A stretch of DNA of 24,172 nucleotides from a virus (taxonomy: Duplodnaviria; Caudoviricetes): IMG/VR virus record IMGVR_UViG_3300016667_000190, positions 1 through 24,172 of that record; one strand, 5' to 3'. Under the pieces are notes generated by a model. That model saw only the letters and a list, made by a program, of their open reading frames with translations, was not told where the DNA came from and made no database searches. Of this stretch, positions 23,555 to 24,172 are shown in pieces. Both the position numbers and the translations under genes were made by a program. Position 1 is the stretch's first letter. Every line of letters begins with the position of its first letter.

Positions 23555-24172
23555 CAACCCTTCTTCTCGTCCAACTGGCGCTTACGCTCAGCCTCCTGCA
23601 TCTGTGGCGTCACCTGACGCAACGGGATACCAAGGTAACTCAGCAGCGAACCAGCCTGACGACCCTTATACAAATCAGTCGACGGAACAAGACGCTCCGC
23701 CTGAGCCAACGGCGGAATCAGATTCATCGCCGCATAGTTCATCTTGTCCGACACACCCATCTCGCCACCAGCAAGCGGCTTCTGCTGACCAAGCAAAGCC
23801 GCCAAAGCCTCGACAGCAGGAGCAAGAGGCCCACCAGCAGCCTGCTGCCCCTTACTGCTGAAAGGCACATCGTTATAGAAACGACGACTAGCCAAAGCAG
23901 TCTCAGGGACGACACGCAACAGCGGGTTCACATACGACAGCAGACGCTTCGGGTCTTGCAGTTCCTGCAACTGCTGACCAACCCTGTTGTAACCGATATC
24001 TGGCATCAGATACGTATTCCCACCAAGGAACACACCACCCTGCTCCTTCATCCAAGAAGGAGTGAACTGGTTCGAATCGTCCTGACCGATAGCAGCCATC
24101 GCACGGTTGTACAGCAGATAAGCACGAGGGTTCTCGTAGATGTTAATCATCTGCATCGGAAGGTTACGCGAC
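23554..24172 (-). CDS. C-terminus of a large protein, probably an internal virion/ejection protein; continues beyond the window
   Basis: Frame open to the window edge; NPLLRVVPE...FYNDVP and LLSYLGIP-type motifs resemble C-termini of podovirus internal proteins. Confidence 0.5.
   Translation of the reverse strand, partial: SRNLPMQMINIYENPRAYLLYNRAMAAIGQDDSNQFTPSWMKEQGGVFLGGNTYLMPDIGYNRVGQQLQELQDPKRLLSYVNPLLRVVPETALASRRFYNDVPFSSKGQQAAGGPLAPAVEALAALLGQQKPLAGGEMGVSDKMNYAAMNLIPPLAQAERLVPSTDLYKGRQAGSLLSYLGIPLRQVTPQMQEAERKRQLDEKKG

Overview
This 24 kb window is most of the genome of a tailed dsDNA phage. The head/tail genes look podovirus-like, and the host is probably an actinobacterium (inferred from GAAAGGA-type ribosome-binding sites and the lysis genes). 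1-8712 (minus strand) is the morphogenesis operon: terS, a small Zn finger, terL, a small Cys protein, two holin-like membrane proteins, portal, scaffold, major capsid, adaptor and a partial tail nozzle. 8856-9549 (+) holds three small divergent genes. 9550-9860 is a G-rich non-coding stretch where strand skew flips. 9862-16837 (+) is an early/accessory region with an amidoligase plus class II glutamine amidotransferase pair, an HTH protein, a DUF932-like protein and many small ORFs. 17055-23072 (+) is a replication/regulation module: PD-(D/E)XK exonuclease, SSB-like protein, DnaB-like helicase, AEP primase, RusA and a sigma region 4/DUF1599 fusion. 23069-24172 (minus) carries an M15-type endolysin and the end of a large, probably virion, protein. 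The most striking signal is non-coding structure between the early genes: a type II hammerhead ribozyme with a non-canonical core and pseudoknot, five CTGAAAG-N4-CTTTCAG hairpins (three supply stop codons), two copies of an unnamed three-way-junction fold, and G-free CAA-rich leaders. A GTAACG box sits at a near-fixed short distance upstream of several late genes. All calls come from reading motifs by eye; no searches or folding programs were run.
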